Notes: generated by a model not told the origin, from the sequence alone. A DNA stretch of 52,071 nucleotides from Candidatus Omnitrophota bacterium (GCA_043718225.1 JAYSWD010000062.1:1-52071), one strand, 5' to 3'. Shown: positions 48,101-48,674, counted from the stretch's first letter. Numbers and translations: made by a program.

Positions 48101-48674
48101 GTGAAGCGTGAAGCGCATTTCGCATCTCGCCCGCTTCACGTTTCACGAGATACGCTTCACTGCTTTTTTGAGCATTAGCTAAAAAAAGCTCAGGTCCCCC
48201 GACAATGCCTTTTTCGGTCAGCTCAGAAAGAATCTTTTCATTCTCACTTGAATCCTTTGAAAATCGCAGCAAGGCCGGGTCGAGCTTGCTCCAGGCGCCT
48301 TCGAGAAAAAAAGTTTGAATTCCATATTCTTTCTGCAAATGTTCGAGAATCGCCTGTGTATTTTTCTGAGCTTCGGGTTCACCGTGCGCATCTTCGATAT
48401 GGATAAGTTCCACGGGCCACGAGCCACGAGCCACGTCAAAACTCGAAATTTCTTGGATGGATCCAAGCGATGATGGAATTTGAATTTTATTCACCAGCGA
48501 TTCAACTTTTATCCCATCGCTGACGACTGACCTCTGATCACTGATCACTTCGGAAAATGGAGCCGGCGCGGCCCATGCGGCCGTTTCCAAAAGAAAAAGC
48601 GCCGCCATGCTGACAGCGACGGCTTTTTTCCAAACTGTGCGGGCTTGTAATTTAGGCATTAAAATTGTACGCAA
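21102..48674 (-). CDS. giant multidomain secreted/membrane protein (9,190 aa in the track; about 9,185 aa from the first ATG)
   Basis: One stop-free frame of 27,573 nt. The first ATG (48659) gives MPKLQARTVWKKAVAVSMAALFLLETAAWA|AP, a Sec-type signal. Several recognisable enzyme folds lie in the same frame (see sub-features). The track start at 48674 is TTG. Confidence 0.85.
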   Translation of the reverse strand: MRTILMPKLQARTVWKKAVAVSMAALFLLETAAWAAPAPFSEVISDQRSVVSDGIKVESLVNKIQIPSSLGSIQEISSFDVARGSWPVELIHIEDAHGEPEAQKNTQAILEHLQKEYGIQTFFLEGAWSKLDPALLRFSKDSSENEKILSELTEKGIVGGPELFLANAQKSSEAYLVKREAGEMRNALHASRVEGYGIEDLDLYKKNLEQFRAVISAKEKSNAFLNEMKSGLLTKASQVLNPELAAYFRQWSFQEEVQTDYARHIESLASHARKSLNLDLGDAREQYDWPMLVRFQKLKSYDRATGHEPRNTNIEIETKRLGEWLGQKGLSKDVLSVARGPWPVERGDVRQFFENFYERASPKGFKFKDYPVLSKEWGKQILTQELDAPALIKEIKNLEDKLIEKLAQTPDEKKLIQKYREYLLLRKLLRLELSKDEWQQLVPRTTDHGPRQSMDVNVARGSWPASVKVVCEKAVEFYTTAEERDEMMFNNTLAWIKKEKIEKAAIITGGFHSAGLGELLKQNNISYVRIQPRIAQIKGRENYLKLMTATSHLRAMSPAEPHPFEPQSWRAEIKGYQAVSALSPMVSRKPPAAIRNSFVKARSESRKGFFKKWPKKVKVRQIELKNLKNGGPSVRLAVEFSEKGMDEKYGTYDFYHADVFIENKKTGSVAFIRNIFPDGKKGYQIVHGFHPLGGASEESFKTYQGQAVGLTILNWLIWEAQTEHARFFVGETGNFSLIRALSRWLSDLKVGSSLKAVKQPFEEWSARGPFLDPRKPEQGSVLMVTPDRSAQAYISLRVLNQRDGLYQVEKISETAPETAIPQNLNLGMTLRITDDGKIFKMEPMQEIGRVLWLDSNTIELEGDPNIQTPPLVKVRSEMRGWERVWEWVGAVKKWFHDFEIQRELEKELSELLVPEVTGEVAQKLFKKRFYEKPKGFLRPYFSGDIQIFESALKSAERTQILSDDLTVKLWQMFVPSLSSHMSKAFEVLMRALSAQSADFRSSLEQFFRTHSNQTLAYVAAKVLALESQSSRQKMATTVLQMLDGKSDDGEQPTITEIKMVEGWVEKLRPPSTGTDQIDFFLQRIAKEQEKYSAISREAFTPEVRAAFENYYQEIHAVRTTLERGLVWLRPSLEKLARSEMRALATSNNRVGSTYAVGKGQLFQRSELRRDLTPQEVYDLFSEIRSVNRLNLDQLRDELDRTKIIAEEISQRPVQRVLVAGNGSKWLPHFLYLMGKDVVFVDGDAALTRSISMARKNLNDQLEAKGIAPLLYPVIHAEIGKLDLTQNNLAPHSFDLVTMIDLSTDPLGNPREWLAKSKELLQEGRAYLLADMRPYMEEKTILHHIDKFFPIRKDAYSGRRFQGDYDRNHSENIFWEVENNHSEMRDQPSVARADGSESWPAYLLTPAEHSKIKQQLISQGFEPARFAERLRQMLNRLGRNEKFVIGRGMGYADLRTHWGQGKLRQESFGGNRHEATDLVYLQDTHANRRNILIGTSVPAFFGEGVAYWIFDDNMRQTAAFLHPAEISFGGKTYVPMTFYMHLDLDQQIKIGRKIQAGSMVGKIAKSRNPKSPVAAHVHFAVGLVEKSIIKTLPAAKRNGDFFKELQPFEKTGNIRWFDFRELLSKANRQAMFIEGDAAVPGFEHLVVVHPDEDIAKDTLVRLGRRFPGINVYRFLTPEKFLEWHEKNIHGPVALFSTAAIVGFAENVYRFSLNLESKEKTGRPPIEKNVIKTVRQTGRALRLARSEMREAKIFSADLQRWAEQAERQMAIGQVDAQALNGIVDQIRGKFHQDELSFFDKHWSAFKHKMESGIKGETSTVAERAWMNFFMAIATAVLASANPDLQDLKKIETIVAQFNQRFSQRKWGLSLTLLMQLATNQAVTGAELKTEMRLAGRGIQLPGEYQYRMAAFTLFLLGMHVQSLTMEGPYKEEWADFFPRRSLTLAIRTLETGKFDSNVPQKDQEELLVSLKVGLTSYLAGSLYYWAHPGWHDGIVVGPYGRNEPSLKSFRSLYPLQNFVVEHRPALLKAVREIETASRTENVNYIRPSIPWVFENLLHPLESNGQAMPAAWDRILLNAFAAENRAWFIDFFVRKTTFEEMLLLVPGLTETGLADMYHQMDLEYSYDDHARKEYGQLLHRIKNFIPNRANDPEFTSPRSEMRDINTSDEKNRLKEKFHKTVFLGILIVAAGEAAARYWHFPFLSDFYLFVKSFHWGGVAVGELCVSLVIAAATGALTDYYTQIISDYPAYKHHVKERFFYFMLMRFALGLITFISNYYLIDLFKNHAARFILSASIGVFFSSLAGVYFNGYWNRKGIRAMERAGEAHENISNYSSLKQWKKDGKGVLGRLPIVVAMHDFAQNVVPDLRIPVVFIVGFFLQLFRNLMANSQNPRISLPGYFKVNILAVSGFALLGGTNTAIISAFSIIAVTTISTVIVRRYTSARSEMRGDQIHFIADQAPPVWKPRAVTALKHSASRLLERVQKWRAAYETKEKLNPERHEFDTGGGIAWFEPEAPFLQKERVHQAEQMLAHAARDWSNASSDHLRQLRDMRPWSLKGLLDRMSLGDPTLYGPYIADFYAAYAAFEPQTFDEYMSALKEMYDQKLEEYEEKMPGVNQTEWETIFKLAIRTQSAKAYKEFKKQRNRDTKSIKNWPEYFFKIIKRYLKIHAPALYPYLENALILKQGDRGRAKILLHTRKWGDLEFISLLDGGRIKGDAWNAAAYHDSEFNSDRSEMRSNTNEIPDWVKAFEENLKSRSANFEKHTGIKMRVSNSLQDGIFIYLVPADEGLQKEFSRIDAQLQLDNVSFYNGEIGRVALMPVLTGGENLEEKRAFLIREIHPGVAFRHIFKEGNLSFLGYDEARKKVLERHLDEWVHEILMEVFSASTDTADIDAVYVTPDDLSKIQNPGIVYDQDLRFYLRPFKGWLPRKLISYRSVFHTWTEVNERNNQDVLDYKIAKMGLGGEWNLWRWSLNDEKELVVGIEDQVHQRFSRLANRVIEKSRQSNGMTWATKGGELGVTAASGAALPALIEGKILSVWNDSDEKAVLIEGHHLVTVYRGLKLSEDVHIGKYFNAGATIGNVLSGKPAKIQFFWIPNPRDLGKALDLETLSRWQRQRRVFLLQPEHLFTTQRSEMRTNESPEAALRRKAFFTKYQNGAEISPEVREIYLQIFPKPLRDEYGIGEEIAVAGEAAGLRPRAQVIELTQAVGTEHADLALEFFKILPQATTVNSFEIILRAKNDVLTIETEGDLPKFKQATNEFGNYYSSVLRYWLQYHLFPAARRMGFHEIQIKNQRNPAHVLIPTGFTPVGTGAIWSKNLISLEVFGKTEDEQIHALEEEWHDWLPADVTMRFKRDDKGVSINSPSKFHVVFYHKLPDGGLGEPIKIKGKGLGAEKIAEFALARSGADPFINFEKIIAGVPSPSLTSLEMFRGMQYWLQRRGFRGSELWKNTLGLSKEKRSTWLDQVVAIWKREGRMPTVSKTGPVYNFRGIYFYLPEIDLSPRRSEMRIDPADAAAFRSQEFYRMHVELRHLQDAYRAALDQSGNTDEVENKIEAYAEGLTPYFREIRSGDDTENAVFKTITAMDEIAAREFLNRVKKEVYAKEKIWRQKYLTAGPPDVFLKDLLFSYKQRLKAQIRLLGFYLSDAYHNQSTLGTLSLAISSTYRQIGKVHDAYQVQAKTAAPKVSVVSEQGTRIHTLNYEGHPVFRIWTAPDGKIVVHQVVWKYVSQANGPRILVPAVTPFHFQDLETAYRGRTKVIKSQEKDHAELLERHLELAQIIEELRDPEIDKAGSAEDWEKRLALIAEGKGGLNRKIAIVQKEGRALPRPKDSVSMALSDIKAQRWGDAAFHLEQADTWVQTRLDDVIRKKELGERKIPFLYHKLRKQALKSAVIQLEKSIQSARPNAENVASAREKLEEIEATYFKFVVSDPNYRQVQSRLKLLVVTTKTLEGMFARKAKTVSQIAGILKNSGEIKKSIARWNLKPARSEMRDELIVGGDDAGNKQALLRLAEKFIREKIQSEENKFLVKWLRFKRPRLEVNDTLAEEFSEFLSKQAFALGYWQPVFEKIKAENGHEPALRIMPAQHFIESIPVLAEDLLLHTAGYLERSQTRRLFLQNLFGALVAVAANPALEAFHNLAVKELDKETLKILSHVLWDAVSKTRPRLSAAAAPLQYERNALVSFLANDLGPNEEYLHEAWLRKNGTAIHSAAAWLRSQMPLRAWPVYFKDLFFGKTTEGLPTLFATPFADRGVFQISSFDHLLQAALPRLARIESWVGSLSDETVKQLDHIRRHANLEAIGLSSNNNNQRALEVATREHIAEQKNEVEAKQSLDKASISEQQWWWDYYQNQMIENLHGRVDYEDYKADLEAQRQVEEKIRALRQQIEALSAEEKKEASLFQGLMNALQQFDLLQQAEPAALILPASETRSEFRKQGIYSPFGSLIISLAMLLLTGIAYLRGTYSYATFLITGLSLFLMILSLSALRKVPSQKWYEPLSKPPLTEKQKKEIRDAIRPFDGYGPLGILLARSRQNPGKFIYILVKSKQSQNPLFASPIVEGPDGMHIEDQPKIWDGFTGEQLAGREDWQPEPEIIYSDASVHAALSKINFLENGLLTSMYADEPSDVLGNMLMAPLLTPAIYLGAGITAHSDLPPDQAFLSNWFVIGQLEGQDAELGRKISHILNPSRSETRVKEESETGDSRRETNWVLSGETDVVEGNVAQRGFVAKLFTRVQNIYARSEMRLNYAKGIRLFFKNVVFVGVFYAMAWFAYSNLFSLMGNILGYVALLAVAVRINEKFGDNFEWRLNTLINAARPIIQLSTPEKLSKKVAWLNRFGRLHLKFESKNTDVIVQNHRFYNVIGMHASTYAAIPGEPYGVYIHHKQGVSFVYFAGSAGVLSRKLSKKSVAKLESETRDFLNFAYAPALFHDRYNKSEVSLKKIARDFILTGFFGAVVCVSIYKLTFNDFGFWGTSLWSGLYVTATYFGFAGNISAFATGVTELFTVVTASLWGRLSPHQMQLTRLSSRRSEMRRQIQTNAQRLMTNDSEQSQQSSADHVQSESGIITNLSTSNVTNLFATFSGVSWPMSRSIAWSKALTVGGWTLSHTKPGVLKKLYRLPSEKSRSRVMRMRPSNLASWTTAPFLIPLGTVMTSWVMESARMTSIRIFSSARKRNLGGKAQRVSAIRQLRREMKRSPNRIHRQRGEAFQNSLGSFSGLENFQRLRNQNAGSTETGLAMADFGVARDMSLNQSVHAGKFSTRPQGGQVIRPDIRSEMRVSNIAELQRQLNKPTTVMFSDTYENLTKPDAFQEKSKILAQHPIAKPIYEQALKILGKISGAKNMSYLYLEGFDPAHPNTVQLTYSGFVYEYALYLVLKNKLGKRFKTAHFYGKSMGQFAALAASDAVSFEDMAQYVLRISRLFYLSQRRYGKQLRYVRVIGSGLGEPSIRKKIIEKLKAYSGDEPQITVDEGDEYFQIVVRVAQGKEDSFSAMIKGLGKELRAEGIPAGVRLSAIQLDPSAYQNPHHSYNEKIHAAILEATHGLKIENPKIPLIPFSINSTEVLDDADKIRRELGNGFYETLASERALDVVRQSSGLAIEVGYGSRLTKALAKRNPPKAIAAIDDLFQRPASEESQAKQSLLNHPYFGNSIRRALLDFKKKTKKSGSLNDLTKSINKKRRAVISSGLYRRLEAKEIGDFLAANSVLNPDFFESIKDVSYALENRKKYKFKNDPAILAKENTGLYRAAARHGFEWHDGGWHEPADPQLETTKYLLTAEEHAKVLPQLNNSAFDAETLAAGLRQMLASLGRDEQIVIGPGTGYGDEKTFWGDLKTRRKSYNGHWHTSTDVVYLQDRQGNRRPVPIDTTVPALFGKGKVHWIFRDNMAQSVVYFHQGEVEIDGEVYVPMTIYMHLELDEAVQPDHESEPGSAVGKIVDSQNKKSPVAAHVHSGVGFFKKSILEAISQAAFKKGKYDENLTYVLQDFEKTGDIRWLDFREMLKPDDRKALFIEGPEAAPGFQYMAVIGPDEKKRSLLTPALGRQFPTIPFLKFDTWKAFIKWRRQNRDSTVALFSKNRSAKLTLDTKVHFVSIHGPEEIEGKMPGVRDEGKKLRLARSKARSEIRGVSEEQILKFLPLLSGVNLKEVLQLTQPGEALYGFDLKEYAGFTSLQPAVMSQSKNKRARHGSLATLLTGAAIIKGRALGLPEGVIRPVPGGVNNNGGLKDVGAFQKSFKEWVFDPLVQKFEMIKLQTSAPDNAFTLRVRNPSPAEVVFPPAFQMTDFAARSADDATQFLREFVLAARPYLPKNSKILIDAVLGGYDLQTPLGKERFSLRWIPEYGGGYLSYSPGTAAPDVHAEIRASEFQMLELVRRGEDIQMTVVVTPGSMIKFKEIAQRLPPNIRIASAEVRRVRTNQKFNIHELIDATVKRSASGLRLELHSKNRHGLFKVAANKSGNKHAWINPDIAEGVASTASLDLKKKPMGILQLADGWIFYHFLGYENRQHQLQFIYTYSRSEMRLAQGEAAQFAQDPIVVQTRLSRETLDPLIQKIKEKIGSRSRMKYVNLVLQHLQAIVNSGAEPEIYGFDELRWSKDSYLLGFTSKNKMSLGNGFFDRAAFKDKEEYLDFTSEALFRAGIESLLSKTDRGGLPREDGLIGKLSKSVFGASKNEKYLELYQKFVDLTEPRFLKSAVARFNAFTEGSPYFSTEYLMENWMRYDKEDKPYPVFQQAGYLTAKLVPLIEVKKDILTPALPSGISQSNKEQREVLLEGLFKIVAPLFIFCVYRYNLLSVQNETYKTMLSMVKDELNDQTPLGHQGLVGEPSETDIAQKVERSLRERKFVFSPTPPLIIHHTVFSGLSSEAFEAQTKQEEKLYKLFFFDMPEGWRQETLSMYTWNQADNVVPVPVLGAIKPLKILEILQILSGHRRGLMVAGDDSPAENLNWPGLSLINEEQSSRTPDGKVEVVTVYPRFAQFYAPRPKLFFHFDGPTKSVRIQTYAQSLWSDILAWLQPEKATYFTSANEPEKNLFISLMKVRAQLTEHTKRPGYFAPSGIDVGPWAAQISRLQAKVLLPLWEQSLKYYSSTHALLEAHKKPGNDRDLFRHYTMFTSPNGLFAWLAENLETIAGTDRLTDKAARNFLDVFMAVQWSSLGMQDLSAGNHFLYKKFSEFARLHPGGVSIPALDEFKKFLIQYVRAPAKNSTALREDFRSWKKQFAADYPEGINDEDNAIPTQSREWPYLKPGAGKAQLRFSQPSVFAPEEFPEADLLNPERYPVWLGVSGQVRAVWTGIYQKDGLHIPGSSYRYIIDQVKAGEILRVAVFENQVQISRVMPTAMGAEESEVLLITMLESFKREEGNRVGTWQKLPSTEIVEKAQPVGAERRIAGSGFFSLPLPVNSDGLVTFIYKDKKIRLNISQATGQSSVLIQVRKNHLIFYSANVEACLGQVDLSGGEPSSYPSGLIEILPGLHPAVEKIEPQSVVEYRNLNHLAGLLAPLMATGTGYETIALAREGTQILVGDKVVTIPAAFVNAPETLAQIPERLKAVLEEKDPVYIVKKHSNKLQTLLNDNPFDRGSGTWNILRDAVRLEKLDSDDAWLPQGKKEYEEIFFRLKKTLRWLRVIRKIDKAREAAAQTRGANNEFANMAQPGTLRPMLQRLAQNDLAGKVSSPFYFSKGRETAYSVPGAMKHGSIFKEMEGVGLMTPQFFELDSAGDFILREGMSHDEMPHIILRVKTSPVAGGTPAKYVLLIFNYNTGKRLDKVQHEYRSLQAKVAIAKKELFDHIQTLARKRSGTLIENEQRFNELLSHFLDAYDLPLQAEALNHLKDILPELLYSGNEVVKFAMLKILFEHIRIQGINDLPNKLTLEQARVIRQNLTLIFDPNLNGSMDFEAQSFEPFLDEVLVPAVHFTLWHLTNPDTYLELVTHLEGIRDHIKEYMDQFPDHANQITGTWTSVAHAKQYGLGTDVFPEKIQEYFVKKYFREKNEAEAAAARLAAERNAAAEAASRVRVQAKHVMQISSFGGNRTGTTSLGFTLGETTIIVDSGSSTHGEELRAPDYSELNEQNPPKAIFITHVHGDHVGYVLTLWKKLKKEVPVYLTPGSRALLPIVLKGMIGGSAGYSIDDVNEFLDKEKKYVRTLEPGKWYTVSPEMKVQFYPEAGHLRGAAPVVVATPYGNTVFLGDISVDDQGPIVGLKQWSPDIPIHTVIAESTRGMEIIPDQKQEEEKLVALVQATVKQEGKILLPVSANGMAQRVLHILLKNRAKFGNRMKIVVDGKAGTYTANWQATFPEELTGPNVILVSRGGHDRALQEHTAPNNIPTVIIASPANGNGTAGEFAQRLKWDSRNAIVFVDVFGERDPAQQLLNKRDETPARIERLQFEAHPSGAQILTLLNQMFIAGRTAESVEHINFQVYFHHGSRVHMREMNLAAQKTHYKWHPSALKDSGYVKRLKGSSFISAQKAWYERLSTEDISGVSHNLAVAQPNSAEATERSELRGVAVTHDDNHVVPDAKGAIRSEARDGEGARGEPPDRMGIVITRRPDNSLDEKLYEDVSAEDLFNTRVVISGIYQFGITRGVRTQAVRLEVSFTAELEEDAMEVPPDSGNYVRMVRIKRGSVDLPAVAFEQGRGDTKKLRDQLKKDLSGVELPKGFWIHVIPADDSSKNGFIAPPEIEKAVKAAPASPGAKASASSPTRAVKRSEMRSQKISVINPRVKTIIEKATALKPGSKELYWLMTRQKTKHLTEAILILGRDFDKNRRSIAEIFEFVLKRKEYRINKLIQNNRRLDVVSETPGSERVKIPYDLALGYARSMPAEIRALLPEYSNWPEYRYIWERAKEGEVRKAGWITHAEKEAVRRLVPEANRRKAVYYSAGLDILTPIFVLGDMSDEISYVDHRGFDFLFYPGEGYLRGFLNSKNIQLLKFDDTARQLVIKFQGRQITLKFYMAHNYDYPFAYGDAGLIYGFGLAGNPPQLSAHLRNNPTGIAAFFIRGADIVKKPPQWKKISENVDFYRSENRLVSDAAKATAKVAEDVFSVKVVRGFSRSEFREFFAVAFSELTEQMKMAKTDRALQKLNSAAYITDGLVLGEKLALDKGFLQAVKHNYVGQFVAVLAENEKQRIEIQRQVDLLGLKNVKAFLSVVDAAKFARGNKSTALRGWLSSNDDIQVAVELKKVVPDTQRLMDSQIKRFYLDLDLAWLVDRIFSSRITSSAA
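22630..22643 (-). repeat. 14-nt junction motif, 1 mismatch
   Basis: CGCATCTCGGAGCG. Still RSEMR (GAG for Glu). Confidence 0.8.
23176..23189 (-). repeat. 14-nt junction motif, 2 mismatches
   Basis: CGCGCTTCGGAGCG, translated RSEAR. Confidence 0.7.
23461..24700 (-). other. giant ORF: metallo-beta-lactamase fold, beta-CASP-type (RNase J/CPSF-like) domain
   Basis: HVHGDH (24495-24512), then EAGHLRGAA, VIAESTRG, EGKILLPVSANGMAQRVL, IIASPANGNGTAGE, FEAHPSG and YFHHGS, in the order of MBL motifs 2-4 and beta-CASP motifs A-C. Confidence 0.7.
29167..29180 (-). repeat. 14-nt junction motif, exact copy
   Basis: + strand CGCATTTCGGAGCG, which reads CGC TCC GAA ATG CG (RSEMR) in the giant-ORF frame. 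Confidence 0.9.
30349..30362 (-). repeat. 14-nt junction motif, 1 mismatch, with local partial duplication
   Basis: CGAATTTCGGAGCG, translated RSEIR. Followed by GGCTTTGGAGCGGGC, which repeats the 3' half (peptide ARSKARSEIR). Confidence 0.8.
30363..31410 (-). other. giant ORF: M23 metallopeptidase, copy 2 (paralogue of 43449-44480)
   Basis: HTSTD (31170-31184) and HVH (30867-30875). Collinear with copy 1 over about 350 aa, from LLT.EEH.K to RLARS. Confidence 0.7.
31870..32874 (-). other. giant ORF module: FabD-like (malonyl-CoA:ACP transacylase fold) acyltransferase
   Basis: Nucleophile elbow GKSMG (32523-32537) within FYGKSMGQFAALAASDAVSFEDM. Later NPHHSYNEKIHAAILEA (His region) and LAIEVGYGSRLTKALAKR. 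These are collinear with the FabD motifs GHSLGEY.AL / SH / IEVGPG..L. The N-terminal GQGSQ motif is not conserved (FSDTYEN). Confidence 0.55.
32875..32888 (-). repeat. 14-nt junction motif, exact copy
   Basis: CGCATTTCGGAGCG, in-frame RSEMR. Borders the antisense-TA module. Confidence 0.9.
32943..33179 (+). CDS. DUF433 domain protein (putative antitoxin), antisense to and inside the giant ORF
   Basis: 78 aa: ITSDPEICHGKPCFRGTRILVSETLEILEAGETPEAILKSFPSLSMDSIRAALHFAA is the canonical DUF433 sequence. ATG at 32943; the track ORF opens at 32748. Confidence 0.75.
   Translation: MDTLIQTHITSDPEICHGKPCFRGTRILVSETLEILEAGETPEAILKSFPSLSMDSIRAALHFAAQLTNRGDSLSLAS
33169..33528 (+). CDS. DUF5615 (PIN-like / Mut7-C-like) protein (putative toxin), antisense to and inside the giant ORF
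   Basis: 119 aa: FLADENI....IRAL....DV..V......NGAVVQLAKLEGRILITRDRDF matches the DUF5615 pattern. 11-nt overlap with the DUF433 gene, as in type II TA pairs. TTG start in the track. Confidence 0.7.
   Translation: MPPKFRFLADENIRIEVIRALSITHDVITVPKGIKNGAVVQLAKLEGRILITRDRDFSEGNRYNFFNTPGFVWLKVHPPTVSALLQAMDLLIGQLTPEKVANKLVTLEVDKFVIIPDSD
33564..33606. repeat. TAGTC/GTCTC-word low-complexity element next to the TA pair, in frame in the giant ORF
   Basis: GTCGTTAGTCATTAGTCGTTGGGCATTAGTCTGTATCTGTCTC, directly abutting the motif copy at 33607. Confidence 0.55.
33607..33620 (-). repeat. 14-nt junction motif, exact copy
   Basis: CGCATTTCGGAGCG, in-frame RSEMR. Borders the antisense-TA module. Confidence 0.9.
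33621..34467 (-). other. giant ORF module: membrane module (2 N-terminal and about 3 C-terminal helices)
   Basis: FFKNVVFVGVFYAMAWFAY, ILGYVALLAVAV, FILTGFFGAVVCVSIY, LWSGLYVTATYFGFAG, ATGVTELFTVVTASLWG. Confidence 0.55.
34468..34481 (-). repeat. 14-nt junction motif, exact copy
   Basis: CGCATTTCGGAGCG, in-frame RSEMR. Confidence 0.9.
34581..34606. repeat. GTCTC-word element in frame in the giant ORF
   Basis: GTCTCTCGTCTCGAGTCTCCGGTCTC. Same word family as 20415-20459. Translated ETGDSRRET. Confidence 0.6.
34624..34637 (-). repeat. 14-nt junction motif, 1 mismatch
   Basis: CGCGTTTCGGAGCG, translated RSETR. Confidence 0.8.
35240..35393 (-). other. giant ORF: two-helix transmembrane hairpin
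   Basis: FGSLIISLAMLLLTGIAYL and ATFLITGLSLFLMILSLSAL, directly after the RSEFR junction. Confidence 0.55.
36718..36731 (-). repeat. 14-nt junction motif, exact copy
   Basis: CGCATTTCGGAGCG, in-frame RSEMR. Confidence 0.9.
38164..38177 (-). repeat. 14-nt junction motif, exact copy
   Basis: CGCATTTCGGAGCG, in-frame RSEMR. Confidence 0.9.
39280..39293 (-). repeat. 14-nt junction motif, exact copy
   Basis: CGCATTTCGGAGCG, in-frame RSEMR. Confidence 0.9.
40477..40490 (-). repeat. 14-nt junction motif, exact copy
   Basis: CGCATTTCGGAGCG, in-frame RSEMR. Confidence 0.9.
41341..41354 (-). repeat. 14-nt junction motif, exact copy
   Basis: CGCATTTCGGAGCG, in-frame RSEMR. Confidence 0.9.
41355..42198 (-). 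other. giant ORF module: polytopic membrane segment (about 7 hydrophobic helices)
   Basis: TVFLGILIVAAGEAAA, GGVAVGELCVSLVIAAATGAL, FMLMRFALGLITFISNYYLI, FILSASIGVFFSSLAGVYF, IPVVFIVGFFLQLF, ILAVSGFALLGG, IISAFSIIAVTTISTVIV. Confidence 0.6.
42199..42212 (-). repeat. 14-nt junction motif, 3 mismatches
   Basis: CTCATTTCGGAACG. The peptide is still RSEMR, but with CGT/AGA Arg codons. Confidence 0.7.
43435..43448 (-). repeat. 14-nt junction motif, exact copy
   Basis: CGCATTTCGGAGCG, in-frame RSEMR. Confidence 0.9.
43449..44523 (-). other. giant ORF module: M23 (LytM-type) metallopeptidase, copy 1, plus C-terminal extension
   Basis: HxxxD as HEATD (44247-44261) and HxH as HVH (43944-43952), separated by the usual beta-rich segment. 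Confidence 0.7.
44524..44537 (-). repeat. 14-nt junction motif, 1 mismatch
   Basis: CGCATTTCGGAGTG, translated HSEMR. Confidence 0.8.
44538..45171 (-). other. giant ORF module: class I SAM-methyltransferase-like Rossmann fold
   Basis: VLVAGNGSKW (motif I-like, 45000-45029), VVFVDGDAALTRSISMARKN (motif II-like acidic residue) and FDLVTMIDL (motif IV-like). Confidence 0.45.
45172..45185 (-). repeat. 14-nt junction motif, 1 mismatch
   Basis: CGCAGTTCGGAGCG, translated RSELR. Confidence 0.8.
45207..45233. repeat. perfect 27-nt palindrome in frame in the giant ORF
   Basis: AACCGCGTAGGTT-G-AACCTACGCGGTT, lying between two junction-motif copies 67 nt apart. Confidence 0.75.
45253..45266 (-). repeat. 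14-nt junction motif, exact copy
   Basis: CGCATTTCGGAGCG, in-frame RSEMR. Confidence 0.9.
46039..46052 (-). repeat. 14-nt junction motif, exact copy
   Basis: CGCATTTCGGAGCG, in-frame RSEMR. Confidence 0.9.
47284..47348. repeat. CCACG-word palindromic element in frame in the giant ORF
   Basis: GGCCACGAACCACGAGCCACG, 18-nt loop, CGTGGCCCGTGGTCCGTGGTCCGTGG. Translated PRTTDHGPRQSMDVNVARGSWPA. Confidence 0.75.
47642..47768. repeat. CCACG-word palindromic element (long loop) in frame in the giant ORF
   Basis: Arm CCACGGGCCACGGACCACGAGCCACGG (47642-47668) and inverted arm CGTGGCTCGTGGCCCGTGGCTCG (47746-47768). Confidence 0.7.
48099..48160. repeat. GTGAAGC-word palindromic element in frame in the giant ORF
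   Basis: GCGTGAAGCGTGAAGCGC ... CGCTTCACGTTTCACGAGATACGCTTCAC. Confidence 0.65.
48410..48435. repeat. CCACG-word half element in frame in the giant ORF
   Basis: CCACGGGCCACGAGCCACGAGCCACG, translated VARGSWPVE. Confidence 0.65.
48520..48548. repeat. TGATCAC-word low-complexity tract in frame in the giant ORF
   Basis: CTGACGACTGACCTCTGATCACTGATCAC, translated VISDQRSVVSD. Confidence 0.45.
48558..48659 (-). other. giant ORF: predicted signal peptide
   Basis: Basic n-region (KLQARTVWKK), hydrophobic core (AVAVSMAALFLL) and an AWA-like cleavage motif. Confidence 0.6.

Noticed and set aside
48112-48125. Possible additional degenerate copy of the 14-nt junction motif (GCGCATTTCGCATCTCG, peptide GEMRN) in the loop of the GTGAAGC palindrome.
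   Set aside because: Only about 9 nt match, and the Ser codon is absent. It is too weak to count as a junction.
21102-48674. The regularly recurring 14-mer might indicate a CRISPR array or another spacer-repeat array.
   Set aside because: The repeat is only 14 nt. Spacing varies from 67 nt to 5.9 kb. All copies sit in one phase of a continuous ORF, and the intervals encode recognisable protein domains.
21102-48674. The giant ORF might be an NRPS/PKS megasynthase, because it contains a FabD-like acyltransferase.
   Set aside because: I could find no ketosynthase, carrier-protein (GxDS), condensation (HHxxxDG), adenylation or thioesterase motifs. The modules are unrelated to one another.
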